Shown here piece by piece: positions 20,323 through 28,021 of a stretch of DNA of 64,000 nt. The stretch covers positions 1,324-65,323 of the forward strand of contig CAZGBM010000002.1 in NCBI GenBank assembly GCA_964523975.1. The letters run 5' to 3'. Under the pieces are notes generated by a model. The model saw only the letters and a program-made list of their open reading frames with translations, had not been told where the DNA came from and did no database searches. The DNA is from an uncultured bacterium (GTDB taxonomy: Bacteria; Hydrothermota; UBA3072). The position numbers and the translations under genes are program-made. Within the stretch, counting starts at the first letter, position 1, and the number at the start of each line of letters is the position of its first letter.

Positions 20323-21234
20323 CTAAATAATACAATTAACAAGAGCAATGATGATATCTGAATCATGAACGCGTAGACTGTCGAAGGATAGATTTTTTGT
20401 CATAGAATTTAGATACCATGTGCCCTCTGTGTCGATAGCAAAATAATATTCGGCAACGATAAGATTCAATGAAGAATGTATTTTTAAAAGGGATTCCAAA
20501 ATTTTTTCAGGTATCTCGGAACATTTCATTTTCTTGCCGTGCCGATTACCGTCAATAGAAGTACAAAAAATTTGATTTCCTACTGCACTTATACCGACAA
20601 ACATATTGCCGGGCAATTCACGAACCCGTACTTGATTGAAATATGTTGGGTACCGCTTTAGAAGGACTTCGCTCAATTCCATTTCGAAATATGGGTTTTC
20701 TCCCATGTCTACAAAAGATGCCAAAACCCCCTCATTTAACAATTGAGAAGCCACCATACCCGTTTCTATTATCGAATAACCCGGAACATCTATATCATAC
20801 GCTTGTGCTTTACAATACAACTCCGAAATTGTCGGCATGGCCCCGGATAATTGGTTGCTGCCGGGAGGATTAATAACGGGGCATTTCAAACTTGATAGCA
20901 TGCTGTACCATAAAGCAGTCGTCTCGGTTGCCGCATATTTTGCGTCTCTCTCGGACATATACATCCAATGCTCGGGGACAAAACCGTCAAACTCGACCAG
21001 TACGCCCTCTATTTCTTCCGAGCTTATTTTTTCGGAATGAAACAACAATTTGAAATATTCCTCTTTTTTATTCATATTGAACGTAACGGAAACATCGTTT
21101 GCGATATCGCATTGACGAAGAGTTATTACCTCTTTTCCCAACCTTTGTAGGGAATTTTTCAATTTTTCTGACACTAAGGAATTATAATCTCGCAATATTA
21201 AAATCATTATATTTCTAAAAGATCTGGCGACCAA
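20323..21234 (-). CDS. ATP-grasp ligase, microviridin/RimK-like (first of tandem pair)
   Basis: N-terminal small domain (ILILRDYNSL...GKEVITL), then a WY motif, then CPVINPPGSN, then an ATP-grasp-like C-terminal half. Adjacent and co-oriented with the second ATP-grasp gene. Confidence 0.6.
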   Translation of the reverse strand: MVARSFRNIMILILRDYNSLVSEKLKNSLQRLGKEVITLRQCDIANDVSVTFNMNKKEEYFKLLFHSEKISSEEIEGVLVEFDGFVPEHWMYMSERDAKYAATETTALWYSMLSSLKCPVINPPGSNQLSGAMPTISELYCKAQAYDIDVPGYSIIETGMVASQLLNEGVLASFVDMGENPYFEMELSEVLLKRYPTYFNQVRVRELPGNMFVGISAVGNQIFCTSIDGNRHGKKMKCSEIPEKILESLLKIHSSLNLIVAEYYFAIDTEGTWYLNSMTKNLSFDSLRVHDSDIIIALVNCII

Positions 21235-21285
21235 AACGGAACCTTAACGAAAAACAGGCATGATATTCTCATTTTTGCCGATTAT

Positions 21286-21636
21286 TTATATCTTTTTTTG
21301 ATTTTTCAAACCGGTTTTGAATACTTTAAAAGTTTCCGGAGTTTTTTTATTGAAAAAAGGCGGGAAACTACCGTGGATTTCTTTTAGTAATTTACCGTTA
21401 GATGCGTCAAATAAATAATATCGACACCTGTGCCCCCAGTTATACCCGGATTGTTCATCAATAAAAACAAAGTAACTGGGCTTTTCAAATTTTATTTCCT
21501 GGTCAACTATATCCAGTATCTCTTCTTTATGGTATATTTTTTCATCCAAATACATTACCGATGAATCTTCGCCTGAGCATTCCTCAGCATATATTTTTGC
21601 AACGTTTTTTTTAATCGTGTTTTTAACATCCCCCAT
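21286..21636 (-). CDS. small protein paralogous to the N-terminal domain of the adjacent peptidase; putative ATP-grasp substrate, precursor or regulator
   Basis: 116 aa. Residues ~25-100 align at roughly 45% identity with residues ~25-105 of the 532-aa peptidase, e.g. YFVFIDEQSGYNWGHRC versus HYVFIDEQPGMNWGHAC. Ends in FPPFFNKK followed by the tail TPETFKVFKTGLK. Confidence 0.6.
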   Translation of the reverse strand: MGDVKNTIKKNVAKIYAEECSGEDSSVMYLDEKIYHKEEILDIVDQEIKFEKPSYFVFIDEQSGYNWGHRCRYYLFDASNGKLLKEIHGSFPPFFNKKTPETFKVFKTGLKNQKKI

Positions 21637-21650
21637 TTTCTGTTTCTAAA

Positions 21651-21679
21651 ATTATAAGAGAATCATATCAGGCTGTCAA
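21651..21679 (-). promoter_or_regulatory. consensus sigma70 promoter (TTGACA-N17-TATAAT) directly upstream of the 116-aa gene
   Basis: On the minus strand the sequence reads TTGACAgcctgatatgattctctTATAAT. The -10 ends about 14 nt before the ATG at 21636. Confidence 0.55.
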
Positions 21680-21712
21680 TCCTTTAGCTGTCAGCGAGAA
21701 TGTCTATCGGAA

Positions 21713-21756
21713 CGATTATGGCAGGAGATAACTTATAGTATCTCCTGCCATAATCG
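21713..21756 (-). other. 18-bp perfect stem / 8-nt loop hairpin between the peptidase gene and the small-protein gene
   Basis: CGATTATGGCAGGAGATA-acttatag-TATCTCCTGCCATAATCG. No U-tract follows on the minus strand. Candidate RNA processing or attenuation element. Confidence 0.5.
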
Positions 21757-21809
21757 ATTTTATCGACCTCTCATAAGTCCCGAATTAATAAGTAAAGGTT
21801 TATCGGAGC

Positions 21810-23408
21810 TTATTTTTTCTTATCCTTAAATGCTTTCCCTTTAATATCGGGACGCACATTGGATTTTATGAAAGGCGTCAGCTTATTTACCGCTTTCTCC
21901 AATGCCGTTATTCTGGTACTCAATGACTGAACTTCTCTACTCAACTTTGCACTCTGTGCAGCGAACCCGGATCGAGCCCTCATCAATTGCTCTTCTCGAA
22001 TAGCAGGTATATCGACGTATGAATCGATTTCCTTCTCGAACTCCGATGTGAACATTTTTGCCTCCATCCCGAATTCTTTGAATTCTTTCATTACTTCCTT
22101 ATAGCGATCCTTCAACATTTCTTTGATACCTGACTTTTCAAATTCTTTGAACTCCTTTAGAAGTTTGATAGAGGTACAACAGCTACTCAAGAAGACAGAT
22201 TTCGAAAGGTCGGTTGACGATTCTTGCATCTGCGGGTCGTCTTCGCTTAATGCGAAATCAAAGGCTTCGTATGCAGAAATTTTGCTGTCCAGATTATCAT
22301 CAGGGGAGACGGCAAGCGCTGAACTGTCACCGCGAACACCCGCCATAGCAGAAATCCAGAGTTCTATCCAGGGGTCGAAAAACCAACCGCCTGCCGAAGA
22401 TACTTTTTCCGGAACCGCGGTTTGAATAACCGTCTTATCTGCCGGACTTCCATTAATAACCGGTGGTATAAACGAACCCGAACTGCATTGCTCCATTACA
22501 GCCAGAAGAGTTCTGAATCTTGGTAACGCGGATAGATCGGCTACAAAATCTTCCGCCCAATATTCTCCATCAGGGGTTGACATATAACCTTCGTCCGGCG
22601 TACCGCCCGGTCGGGTACTGTACCAACCATGATTATTCGTAAAGATGTACAAACAATCGTGACTTCCAATCCTCGTAGCAAGTTGACTTATTGCGTTCTG
22701 GAACCCCGTTCTGGTCCCATGTTCATTTACCTGTAGACGAAACGGCGTACCATCTACGGGATAGTCAATTGGATTGGCAAGGTCTTGTGCCGGTTCACAG
22801 AAGGCATCCCAACAGGATATATTCCAGTTGACGTTTCCGTCATGATTACAAACATAGATATCTCCGGGATTAAACCCATAAACATCCAGGAGTGTTCGAT
22901 ATAGAAATTCGAAGTCGTTAACATGTCTACAATTGGAAGAGCCCGAAAACATTATAGCATAACGGTTGCCTTGTAGCTGCCACTTAAAAGGCAGTGGTCC
23001 AAGTAGTTTGTATCCGGTTAGTTTTGCGGGTTCAAGCGGTATTCTATTCATGCGTTTATTCTTATACAGTTTCGCAATTTTCGGAACCCTTAAAGACTCA
23101 AATGTATCGGAAGGGTTTCGATTCAAGAACGGAGGAAATTTTCCGTCTATTTCGGATATAAGCTTTCCCTCTTTAGCGTCATACAATAAATGCTGGCACG
23201 CATGCCCCCAGTTCATACCGGGCTGTTCGTCAATAAAAACATAATGAGCAGGTTTTGCGACAGATATCTTCCTGTCGAAAACGTCTATTTTCGCACCCTT
23301 CTCGAATACTTTACCTTCTATGTACATAGCCGGATCTGCATGCTCACCTCTTTTGCTGAAGTATCGCTTGCTCACGTCTTCTACTATTTTTTTCTTAATG
23401 TTTTCCAT
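21810..23408 (-). CDS. legumain/clostripain-like (clan CD, caspase-fold) cysteine peptidase with N-terminal paralog-domain and C-terminal coiled coil
   Basis: Catalytic-type motifs FTNNHGW (His-Gly) and VMEQCSSGSF (compare legumain EACESGS), plus the block AIMFSGSSNCRHVNDFEFLYRTLLD-YGFNPGDIYVCNHDG (compare legumain AGSxGxxNYRHQAD...). Start placed at MENIKKK, 8 nt downstream of an AGGAG RBS; the ORF track extends to 23444. The C-terminal ~120 aa are K/E-rich coiled coil. Confidence 0.6.
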   Translation of the reverse strand: MENIKKKIVEDVSKRYFSKRGEHADPAMYIEGKVFEKGAKIDVFDRKISVAKPAHYVFIDEQPGMNWGHACQHLLYDAKEGKLISEIDGKFPPFLNRNPSDTFESLRVPKIAKLYKNKRMNRIPLEPAKLTGYKLLGPLPFKWQLQGNRYAIMFSGSSNCRHVNDFEFLYRTLLDVYGFNPGDIYVCNHDGNVNWNISCWDAFCEPAQDLANPIDYPVDGTPFRLQVNEHGTRTGFQNAISQLATRIGSHDCLYIFTNNHGWYSTRPGGTPDEGYMSTPDGEYWAEDFVADLSALPRFRTLLAVMEQCSSGSFIPPVINGSPADKTVIQTAVPEKVSSAGGWFFDPWIELWISAMAGVRGDSSALAVSPDDNLDSKISAYEAFDFALSEDDPQMQESSTDLSKSVFLSSCCTSIKLLKEFKEFEKSGIKEMLKDRYKEVMKEFKEFGMEAKMFTSEFEKEIDSYVDIPAIREEQLMRARSGFAAQSAKLSREVQSLSTRITALEKAVNKLTPFIKSNVRPDIKGKAFKDKKK

Positions 23409-23496
23409 ATAACATCTCCTTTTTATGAAATTAAATATCCCCAAATTCAGCTTTTTACAAATCTCAAATCTTTAAACCGAGTCCTTACGGGTGAGA

Positions 23497-23526
23497 ATAG
23501 TATAATAATTTTACATAATTTGTCAA
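23497..23526 (-). promoter_or_regulatory. putative promoter of the peptidase/ATP-grasp operon (TTGACA-N18-TACTAT)
   Basis: The minus strand reads TTGACAaattatgtaaaattattaTACTAT, about 90 nt upstream of the ATG at 23408. Confidence 0.3.
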
Positions 23527-23782
23527 TATATTTTTTTCTTTTTTTGATAAAAACGCTAAGTGTTATCGGATTTGTGAATCAGGATGTATGTAATTCGGTT
23601 TTTCGACCAAAAAATGCACGAAAGGGTTGCCATATAATATTATGATTTAGCTTACGCAAAAAGCAAATGTAGAGCGTTTGTTGACAATTCTATTTTGTTG
23701 GTTTTCTCGAAATTTAAAAATATTTGATAACTTATCTTTGTTTTTGATTGTTGAAATCTATATTTTTCTAAAACATAGGTAT

Positions 23783-23810
23783 TTGACAAACCCGGAAAAA
23801 ATATTACAAT
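23783..23810 (+). promoter_or_regulatory. sigma70-type promoter upstream of yjbQ-like gene (TTGACA-N16-TACAAT)
   Basis: TTGACA at 23783-23788 and TACAAT at 23805-23810. An AGGAGG RBS precedes the ATG at 23839. Confidence 0.4.
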
Positions 23811-23838
23811 TGTTAAATATGATATCAAGGAGGAAAAG

Positions 23839-24252
23839 ATGAAAAATTATAAAAAAGAATTGTGGTTCAATACGCCCAACAGGGTTGATTTTATCAATAT
23901 TACTACACAGGTGGAAGAAGCTCTAAAAGAAAGTAAAATAAAAGAAGGATTATGCCTTGTTAATGCAATGCATATAACCGCAAGCGTTTTTATAAACGAT
24001 AATGAATCAGGCTTGCACGAAGATTACAAAAAATGGCTTGAAGAGAAAGTCCCTCATGACCCTCCGAGTTATAAACATAATACTTTTGAAGACAATGCGG
24101 ATGCCCATATAAAGCGCCAGCTTATGGGAAGAGAAGTTGTGGTAGCTGTTACCGAGGGACAATTGGATTTCGGCCCCTGGGAGCAGATATTCTACGGTGA
24201 ATTCGACGGGCGAAGAAAAAAAAGAGTCCTGATTAAAATAATCGGAGAATAA
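23839..24252 (+). CDS. YjbQ/UPF0047 family protein (secondary thiamine-phosphate synthase-like)
   Basis: 137 aa with the conserved core [19 protein letters not shown]...NADAHIK of the YjbQ family. Confidence 0.65.
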   Translation: MKNYKKELWFNTPNRVDFINITTQVEEALKESKIKEGLCLVNAMHITASVFINDNESGLHEDYKKWLEEKVPHDPPSYKHNTFEDNADAHIKRQLMGREVVVAVTEGQLDFGPWEQIFYGEFDGRRKKRVLIKIIGE

Positions 24253-24494
24253 GACTCACCCACCCCCCGCCCGTTTTTCAACCACAAAGCTCACAAAGAC
24301 CACAAAGTTTTTTATTTTAAGCTAACAACTAACAGAAAAAACTATTTTTAACAACAAATCACACAAATAACACGAATAAAGTTTTTGTTACCGGTATCTG
24401 GTATCCGGTATCCGGAATCTAAAGTATAACACGAAACACAAAACTCGTAACCCGAACTTAATTATCTATTTCACCAATATCAAGGAACTTTTGC

Positions 24495-26381
24495 CTAATC
24501 TTCAGCTATTATAGTACAGTTTTTCCCTTCTCCTTTTGCAAAGTAAAGAGCTCTGTCGGCAGCGTCTATGAGATCTGTTTTATTATGCGCGTGTTTAAAC
24601 AACTCAGCTACACCTATTGAAATCGTAACGTTAAACTTAAGCCCATCCGGAGAAATAAACTCTTTTTTTTCTATAGAACTACGCAAATTCTCTGCAATTT
24701 TATAACCCTCCATGGATGTGGTTTTCAGCAGAATAATGGCGAATTCTTCTCCTCCATATCTTGCAAGTATATCAGACGACCTTACGCTGTCTTTCATCAG
24801 CTTGCCAACCTCCCGAAGAATAAGGTCTCCGTTCTGATGACCAAACCGGTCGTTTATCATCTTAAAGTTATCGAAATCTATCATAAGCAAAGTGACAGGT
24901 TCCTCGCCGCGCTCGGCTGCTTTAATTTTATCTTCCAATATCTCCTGAAAAAACCGGTGATTATAAGCTCCGGTTAATCCATCTTTATACCTTGCTTGCT
25001 CATACAAAATAGCTTTTTCTACAGAAGAAGAAGCTATATTAGTAATAATATCGAGCAAATTCAAATCTTTCTCGTTGAAAATTGCTTTATTCTTTGAAAG
25101 AAGTAGTACCCCTCCTTCTACACCTCCCTTGAAAGGTGAAAACATTAGGGATTTAGCACCAAAATCTCTCTCTTCGGGAAACAAAATGGGTCTTTTAATT
25201 TCACCGGTAAGGTCTTCTTTACAAAAAGAAAGATTTTTCTCAAGATAAGTTGCAATGATGCTCTTTCTAAGCCCCTGATAATATCGTCTTCCGTCTTCCT
25301 CTGTGACGTGATACTCGTTGCCTTCTTTAAGCAGAAAAATCGTCCAGACGTCCTTAAAACTCTCTTTTATTGTCTCAAATATTCTTTTTCTGACTTCTTC
25401 CAATTTAATATCTCCTGTTACTCTTTCCGTAAGATTTCGAAGATAACGTAACCTGAAAACCTCAAGCATTGAAAAGTTAATATGATTATAAAGAGAAAAC
25501 AGGGTTGACAAACCTTTGACAACACTTGCTATTATCTCTTTATCTCTCTCTTCAAAAGGTATTTTCTCGATTCTGTCTACAACTAAAATTCCCATAACTT
25601 TATTATTGAACTCAATAGAACTCGCAATAAAACATTTTATATTCTCTTCGTTTTTATAATAACCCAAGTTCGGTGAGGAATTATTGAAATCATTATTAAC
25701 CAAAATACCGGAGTTTTTTACATACCAGGAGAGAGGGCCCTTATTGAGCGAAACCATTTCTTTTATCTCCCCACCGCTTTTTGCTACATGGACCTGAAAT
25801 CTATCAAGTTTATCATCTTTTATCAAAAGAACAACACTAAAGGGATTAAATAATCTGACTATTATATCCAGACTTGCGGATAAAGAGTCATGAAATTTAT
25901 CCGGTATAGCAGCCGGGATATCTTTTTCTCCGGTAATCCCCGTTCTCATTTCTTCTCCCTCGACTTTTATTTTTTTGATTGGATCAATATCTTCTTTCCC
26001 AAGTAATTTAGGCTTTACCCTGTATAAGAAAATTACCGTACCATAAAAAATCAAGTAAGGTATAAATTGTAGTTCGCCAAATAATGAAAATAACGGCAAA
26101 ATTAGCCACCAAAACTTAAGCTTTAATCCTCTCTTATTCAAGATAAAAATAGCAGGAATATATGCAACAGCAAGCGGAGACGACATACCTCCTGCCACCT
26201 GCACGGCAAAAGCTATGCCGGTAAGCGCAAAATAGTAAGATATATCCTCGATTTCTATGATAAAAAAATACAAAACGGCAAGTAGCACAACCGGAATCCA
26301 AACAGGTATTGCTAATGGGAAAGCGACTAGGAGCAGATACCCCAAAAAGAATATAACGGCAGCGCACTTATATAGATTCAT
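24495..26381 (-). CDS. membrane-anchored GAF-domain diguanylate cyclase (GGDEF)
   Basis: N-terminal multi-TM region and central GAF-like domains. The C-terminal GGDEF domain carries RYGGEEF and the downstream DRALYFAKGEG block. Confidence 0.8.
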   Translation of the reverse strand: MNLYKCAAVIFFLGYLLLVAFPLAIPVWIPVVLLAVLYFFIIEIEDISYYFALTGIAFAVQVAGGMSSPLAVAYIPAIFILNKRGLKLKFWWLILPLFSLFGELQFIPYLIFYGTVIFLYRVKPKLLGKEDIDPIKKIKVEGEEMRTGITGEKDIPAAIPDKFHDSLSASLDIIVRLFNPFSVVLLIKDDKLDRFQVHVAKSGGEIKEMVSLNKGPLSWYVKNSGILVNNDFNNSSPNLGYYKNEENIKCFIASSIEFNNKVMGILVVDRIEKIPFEERDKEIIASVVKGLSTLFSLYNHINFSMLEVFRLRYLRNLTERVTGDIKLEEVRKRIFETIKESFKDVWTIFLLKEGNEYHVTEEDGRRYYQGLRKSIIATYLEKNLSFCKEDLTGEIKRPILFPEERDFGAKSLMFSPFKGGVEGGVLLLSKNKAIFNEKDLNLLDIITNIASSSVEKAILYEQARYKDGLTGAYNHRFFQEILEDKIKAAERGEEPVTLLMIDFDNFKMINDRFGHQNGDLILREVGKLMKDSVRSSDILARYGGEEFAIILLKTTSMEGYKIAENLRSSIEKKEFISPDGLKFNVTISIGVAELFKHAHNKTDLIDAADRALYFAKGEGKNCTIIAED

Positions 26382-26512
26382 ATGAAAATAATAATTTTCT
26401 ATCTAAATATTGTCAAGGATAAAGATAAAATTTAGTGTATTTTTTGAAAAATTTTTTTATCTTACCTCTTGACATAATATTAATTTTGACAAATAATAAA
26501 CAGTACATTACT

Positions 26513-27856
26513 ATGAAAACGAGAAAGGAAAGCCAGAACGAATTCGACTGGAAGCAAATAAAGAAGGAACTCCAGAAGGAAATTAACGAATCTGCTTTTA
26601 AAGCTTGGTTTGCAAATATGGATTTGGAAGAGTTAAAGGGTGAGGATGTGTATTTTAACATTCCAAACACGTTTACCCAGCACTGGATAAAAGAACATTT
26701 TATGAATAATTTAACCTCTTCAATAAAAGAAGTTACGGGGAAACTTTATAATGTACATTTTCTTGTAAACAAAAAAACAAATTTGGAAACAAATGAACAA
26801 CAAGAAACAGAAGAGGAACAACAGAAAATACAAAAACCTTTTTTACATGATAAATACACTTTCGAGAACTTTGTTGTGGGCGATAATAGTAAGTTCGCCT
26901 ATGCTGCAGCTATGGCTGTCTCCAACGCGCCGGGCAGAGAATATAACCCTCTCTTTATATACGGGGGAGTCGGATTAGGGAAAACACATCTATTACAAGC
27001 AACTGGAAACAGAGTCTACTCTCAATATCCCAATCTTCGTATACTTTACACTCAAACAGAAGAATTTCTTAATGAAATGATAAAGTCTATTCAGGAATAC
27101 TCGACAGTACAATTTAAACGAAAGTACAGAGAAATAGACCTTCTTTTAATTGATGATATCCATTTTCTCTCGGGTAAAGAAAGATTACAGGAAGAGTTCT
27201 TTCACACATTCAACGCTCTCTTTGAAGCAAAAAAGCAAATAGTTATAACTTCCGACAGGCCCCCCAAGGAGATTTCTGGCCTTGAAGAAAGGGTTATTTC
27301 TCGTTTTCACTGGGGTTTAATGGTAGATCTTCAGCCTCCTGATTACGAAACGCGTTTAGCTATTCTGCGTTCTAAAATACAAAGCGATAATATTCAAATC
27401 AGCGACAGTGTAATTAATTATATAGCCTCCAATATAAAAAACAACATTAGAGAATTAGAAGGGTGTTTAATAAAATTATTGGCGCACGCTTCTATATATA
27501 AAACAGATATTACCGTAGAACTCGCCAAAAAAGTTCTAACTGATTTTATTAAAGAAAAAGAAAAAAGAATAACACTTGAAAAAATCATTAAATCTGTTTC
27601 CGAGTTTTATAATATAGATGCAGATGAAATAAAAGGAGGTAAAAGATCCAAAAGCGTCGCTCAAGCTCGTCAGATTGCCATTTACCTTTCAAGACACTTA
27701 ACAAATCTTTCATTAAAAGAAATCGGTAACGGCTTTGGGAAAAGAGACCATTCTACAATTCTACATTCTTTCAACAAAATCGAAAATTTAATGCGGAAAA
27801 ACAATAGGATAAAAGGGGATATTTCAACCATAAAAAGTAAATTGACGGAAACTTAA
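26513..27856 (+). CDS. dnaA: chromosomal replication initiator protein DnaA
   Basis: AAA+ Walker A motif GGVGLGKTHL and domain IV (KRSKSVAQARQIAIYLSRHLT...STILHS). Start taken at MKTRK at 26513; the ORF track's upstream extension is hydrophobic junk. Confidence 0.9.
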   Translation: MKTRKESQNEFDWKQIKKELQKEINESAFKAWFANMDLEELKGEDVYFNIPNTFTQHWIKEHFMNNLTSSIKEVTGKLYNVHFLVNKKTNLETNEQQETEEEQQKIQKPFLHDKYTFENFVVGDNSKFAYAAAMAVSNAPGREYNPLFIYGGVGLGKTHLLQATGNRVYSQYPNLRILYTQTEEFLNEMIKSIQEYSTVQFKRKYREIDLLLIDDIHFLSGKERLQEEFFHTFNALFEAKKQIVITSDRPPKEISGLEERVISRFHWGLMVDLQPPDYETRLAILRSKIQSDNIQISDSVINYIASNIKNNIRELEGCLIKLLAHASIYKTDITVELAKKVLTDFIKEKEKRITLEKIIKSVSEFYNIDADEIKGGKRSKSVAQARQIAIYLSRHLTNLSLKEIGNGFGKRDHSTILHSFNKIENLMRKNNRIKGDISTIKSKLTET

Positions 27857-28021
27857 TGGAAAAATGTTTTATCAACAATTTATCTACATATAAATATGGA
27901 TAAACATATAGAAAGAATCACGAAAATAAATGAAGAAATTAGATTATCCACTTATCTACAATACCTACAATGACTACTAATTTATTATATTATTATAAGT
28001 AATGGTAAGAAAGGAGGAAAA
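27857..28021. promoter_or_regulatory. putative oriC segment: AT-rich dnaA-dnaN intergenic region with 4 DnaA-box-like 9-mers
   Basis: TTATCAACA (27869-27877), TTATCTACA (27880-27888), TTATCCACT (27944-27952) and TTATCTACA (27952-27960). Each is 8/9 to the TTATCCACA consensus. The region is an AT-rich flank. Confidence 0.55.

Noticed and set aside
24391-24420. GGTATCT tandem repeats as a possible CRISPR array
   Set aside because: The units are 7 bp and contiguous with no spacers, and there are no cas genes. This is not a CRISPR.
26382-26512. Region upstream of dnaA as the origin
   Set aside because: No convincing DnaA-box matches are seen there. The box cluster is downstream between dnaA and dnaN, and the long ORF-track N-terminal extension of dnaA is hydrophobic junk.
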